The notes under the pieces are model-generated. The model saw nothing but the letters and a program-made list of their open reading frames with translations, did no database searches and was not told the origin of the DNA. Shown piece after piece: positions 1-1,145 of a DNA stretch of 1,145 bases. The stretch is from Naegleria gruberi. Lineage: Eukaryota. Both the position numbers and the translations under genes were made by a program. Positions within the stretch are counted from its first letter, which is position 1; every line of letters begins with the position of its first letter. The DNA lies in NCBI GenBank assembly GCA_000004985.1, contig GG739530.1; one strand, written 5' to 3'.

Positions 1-343
1 TCTGAACATTGGTGAATGAATTCATGATTTGATATTTGGCAGTTTGAGAGGCAATCACGAATTGATTAAAAGTTTGATCAACGTATGAAATTAATTTATC
101 CTGTTTTAAGGAAACTATTGAATCTGACATTTCTTGTAATGAAATACTAAACGAAAGTATCCAAATAATACTTTGAATAAATACACTGCATGTTACTGCT
201 ATAATAATAATGGAGAGAATGCAAAATTTAATGGACACTAATTTTCTATTCGAATCTAATTCATTCATGGAGCTTTCAGACGAATCTTCATCTATTGTTT
301 TATCTCCTTTTGATAGAGTGGTAATGGGTTGAATTCTTGCCAT
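1..343 (-). CDS. 5' exon (N-terminal 114 codons, partial) of a gene for a predicted type II single-pass membrane protein. The ORF continues past the left edge of the window.
   Basis: The reverse complement of 1-343 reads ATG GCA AGA ATT CAA CCC ... with no stop for 114 codons. Translation: MARIQPITTLSKGDKTIDEDSSESSMNELDSNRKLVSIKFCILSIIIIAVTCSVFIQSIIWILSFSISLQEMSDSIVSLKQDKLISYVDQTFNQFVIASQTAKYQIMNSFTNVQ... At this AT content a random frame hits a stop about every 13 codons, so 114 open codons is unlikely by chance (roughly 1e-4 per frame). An in-frame TAA (plus-strand 350-352) lies 9 nt upstream of the ATG, which fixes the start. The context before the ATG is A-rich, as nematode starts usually are. 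A hydrophobic stretch, residues ~40-67 (plus-strand nt 143-226), follows an acidic Ser-rich tail. Identity is unknown; a homology search was not possible. Confidence 0.68.
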   Translation of the reverse strand, partial: MARIQPITTLSKGDKTIDEDSSESSMNELDSNRKLVSIKFCILSIIIIAVTCSVFIQSIIWILSFSISLQEMSDSIVSLKQDKLISYVDQTFNQFVIASQTAKYQIMNSFTNVQ

Positions 344-370
344 TTTTCTTTATGATTTACCGCCGGTTCT

Positions 371-377
371 CTGAAAT
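371..377 (-). promoter_or_regulatory. Candidate 3' splice or trans-splice (SL) acceptor, ATTTCAG on the minus strand, 27 nt upstream of the start codon.
   Basis: Minus strand reads ...GAATTTGAAACAGATTTCAG|AGAACCGGCGGTAAATCATAAAGAAAAATGGCA. TTTCAG is the nematode acceptor consensus. A 27-nt leader before the ATG is typical of SL1 trans-spliced 5' ends. This is inferred from the motif only. Confidence 0.4.
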
Positions 378-413
378 CTGTTTCAAATTCAATAAGAAGT
401 AGTTCAACTATTG

Positions 414-459
414 TTGTAGTTTTATGTAATGTTGACTGATTGAAGTGTAGTTTATGTGT
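414..459. repeat. Tandem direct repeat TGTAGTTTTATGT (414-426) and TGTAGTTTATGT (446-457), 32 bp apart, inside the upstream region.
   Basis: Found by direct comparison of ...gtTGTAGTTTTATGTaatg... with ...gtgtaGTTTATGTgtgtag.... The two copies are identical except for one extra T. Confidence 0.6.
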
Positions 460-504
460 GTAGTACAAACTAAATATATATGTTTGTGCTTGGTGGATTT
501 CCTA

Positions 505-514
505 TCTCTCTCTC
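505..514. repeat. (TC)5 / (GA)5 dinucleotide microsatellite.
   Basis: The sequence is tctctctctc at 505-514. Confidence 0.8.
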
Positions 515-642
515 GGGTTGAGAATATAATTTACGTTTTGGATGTTCCTGAAACATCAATAGACATCATCAATATTAATATTTTTGTCAATAGAATTAAA
601 AAGCACTCTAGTAGTAAACACGAATGAGGTGCATAAAATTGA

Positions 643-669
643 ATACTGTAAAACCCCAGCCGTAAGACT
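643..669 (+). repeat. Left terminal inverted repeat of the MITE-like element.
   Basis: See the mobile_element entry. A subterminal TAAGAC direct repeat occurs at 663-668 and 681-686. Confidence 0.75.
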
Positions 670-973
670 CATTCATCCTATAAGACTTTCTAAATTTAAT
701 TAAAAAAAAGAAACAACGCAACAAGTGGCATGTCGCTTGTTTTTTTGCCAATATTATAATTTTTGAAATGGTTTTTGTTCAGCTGCGCACTACTGCAACA
801 AAATATCGAACCAGTTCAAAACAACAATATATTTTAATGAACAAGATTAAACACAATACTTTTGAGAAATTATCTTTTTTATTGGTTTCTAATATTTGAT
901 TTAGTAGTCCGCAAGTGGTAGGGTTTCGACACTTTTTTTTGTGTTTGGTTATTCTGTTGTTAACCCGAGCATA

Positions 974-1000
974 AGTCTTACGGATGGGGTTTTACAGTAT
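974..1000 (-). repeat. Right terminal inverted repeat of the MITE-like element.
   Basis: It is the reverse complement of 643-669 with one mismatch. Confidence 0.75.
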
Positions 1001-1145
1001 AAAACTTGAAGCCCCACAAGTGTGTTAACCTCTGATGAACTTGCATGGTTTGGGTATATTTTATTTTCCATTCATGAAAAACAATAAATTTTGTCATCAT
1101 GAAATTAAAAAAATATTTATTTTCCAATCAAATGATGAATTGATT

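Larger units (their letters stand above)
378..642 (-). promoter_or_regulatory. Upstream, promoter or outron region of the minus-strand gene. It contains a TATATAT box (475-481) and short direct repeats.
   Basis: The region lies just 5' of the ORF start in minus orientation. It is AT-rich with no ORF. The TATA-like heptamer at 475-481 is ~100 bp upstream of the candidate acceptor. Only its position relative to the CDS supports this call. Confidence 0.35.
643..1000. mobile_element. MITE-like non-autonomous DNA transposon, ~358 bp (core 646-997 if the TA dinucleotides are a target-site duplication). It has 27-bp terminal inverted repeats and no coding capacity.
   Basis: Left end 643-669 is ATACTGTAAAACCCCAGCCGTAAGACT. 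The reverse complement of 974-1000 is ATACTGTAAAACCCCATCCGTAAGACT. They match at 26 of 27 positions, with one G/T mismatch. The interior is AT-rich with A8, T7, T6 and T8 runs and has no long ORF. TA at 644-645 and 998-999 abuts a CTGTAAAACC...GGTTTTACAG core, which fits a Tc1/mariner-type TA duplication. The family is not identified. Confidence 0.75.

Noticed and set aside
16-25. Perfect 10-bp palindrome ATGAATTCAT.
   Set aside because: It lies inside the coding ORF, where it encodes M-N-S-F on the minus strand. It contains an EcoRI site, which is common by chance in AT-rich DNA. No partner structure is present.
143-226. Possible short intron (GTGTATTT...CGTTTAG, ~40 nt) within the ORF.
   Set aside because: The reading frame is open straight through. 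The candidate intron is below the usual minimum size, and removing it would delete most of the transmembrane segment. The exon is kept as continuous, though RNA-seq is needed to be sure.
718-747. Hairpin, stem AACAAG/CTTGTT with a 10-nt loop, followed by T7. It resembles a rho-independent terminator.
   Set aside because: The stem is only 6 bp with 2 GC pairs. The overall gene and intergenic organisation points to a eukaryote, where such terminators do not operate. I treat it as part of the MITE's internal module.
768-899. Plus-strand ORF of 43 codons, MVFVQLRTTATKYRTSSKQQYILMNKIKHNTFEKLSFLLVSNI*, inside the MITE.
   Set aside because: It is short and low-complexity, it lies wholly inside a non-autonomous repeat, and it has no start context or splice signals. 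It is most likely a chance ORF.
909-941. Possible tRNA gene, suggested by AGTGGTAG and GGTTTCGA followed by T8.
   Set aside because: The A-like and B-like boxes are 3 nt apart instead of ~30-40 nt. No acceptor, anticodon or T stems can be formed. It is not a functional tRNA; at most it is a remnant.
978-1100. Minus-strand ORF of 40 codons, MMTKFIVFHEWKIKYTQTMQVHQRLTHLWGFKFYTVKPHP*, crossing the right TIR.
   Set aside because: It is short, it runs from flanking DNA into the transposon terminus, and no supporting signals are present. It is most likely spurious.
1-1145. Prokaryotic interpretations: operon, CRISPR, or a defence island.
   Set aside because: No direct-repeat and spacer array is present. 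There is only one long ORF in 1.1 kb, followed by ~800 bp of non-coding AT-rich DNA containing a TIR element. TTTCAG acceptor motifs and nematode-like start context fit a eukaryotic locus better.

Overview
This AT-rich window (~68% AT) looks eukaryotic and nematode-like, judging from TTTCAG acceptor motifs and an A-rich context before the ATG. All of this is read by eye; no searches or computations were run. It is not a prokaryotic operon region: only one long ORF is present and about 800 bp of the window is non-coding. Three things are supported. (1) Nt 1-343, minus strand, is the 5' end of a protein-coding gene. A 114-codon ORF starts at an ATG (343-341) and runs open off the left edge of the window. 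An in-frame TAA lies 9 nt upstream of that ATG, and a consensus TTTCAG acceptor lies 27 nt upstream. Its N-terminal part has a short acidic, Ser-rich tail, one long hydrophobic transmembrane stretch and then an amphipathic region. That is the layout of a type II single-pass membrane protein. (2) Nt ~378-642 is the upstream (promoter or outron) region of that gene. It holds a TATATAT box, a tandem direct repeat TGTAGTTT(T)ATGT and a short (TC)5 tract. (3) Nt 643-1000 is a ~358-bp non-autonomous DNA transposon (MITE-like). It is bounded by 27-bp terminal inverted repeats, ATACTGTAAAACCCCAGCCGTAAGACT and its reverse complement, which match at 26 of 27 positions. TA dinucleotides that could be a target-site duplication abut a 23/24-bp core, and the interior is AT-rich with homopolymer runs. 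The element sits ~300 bp upstream of the gene's start codon. I found no CRISPR array and no convincing tRNA or rRNA. I cannot assign either the gene or the element to a named family from sequence alone.
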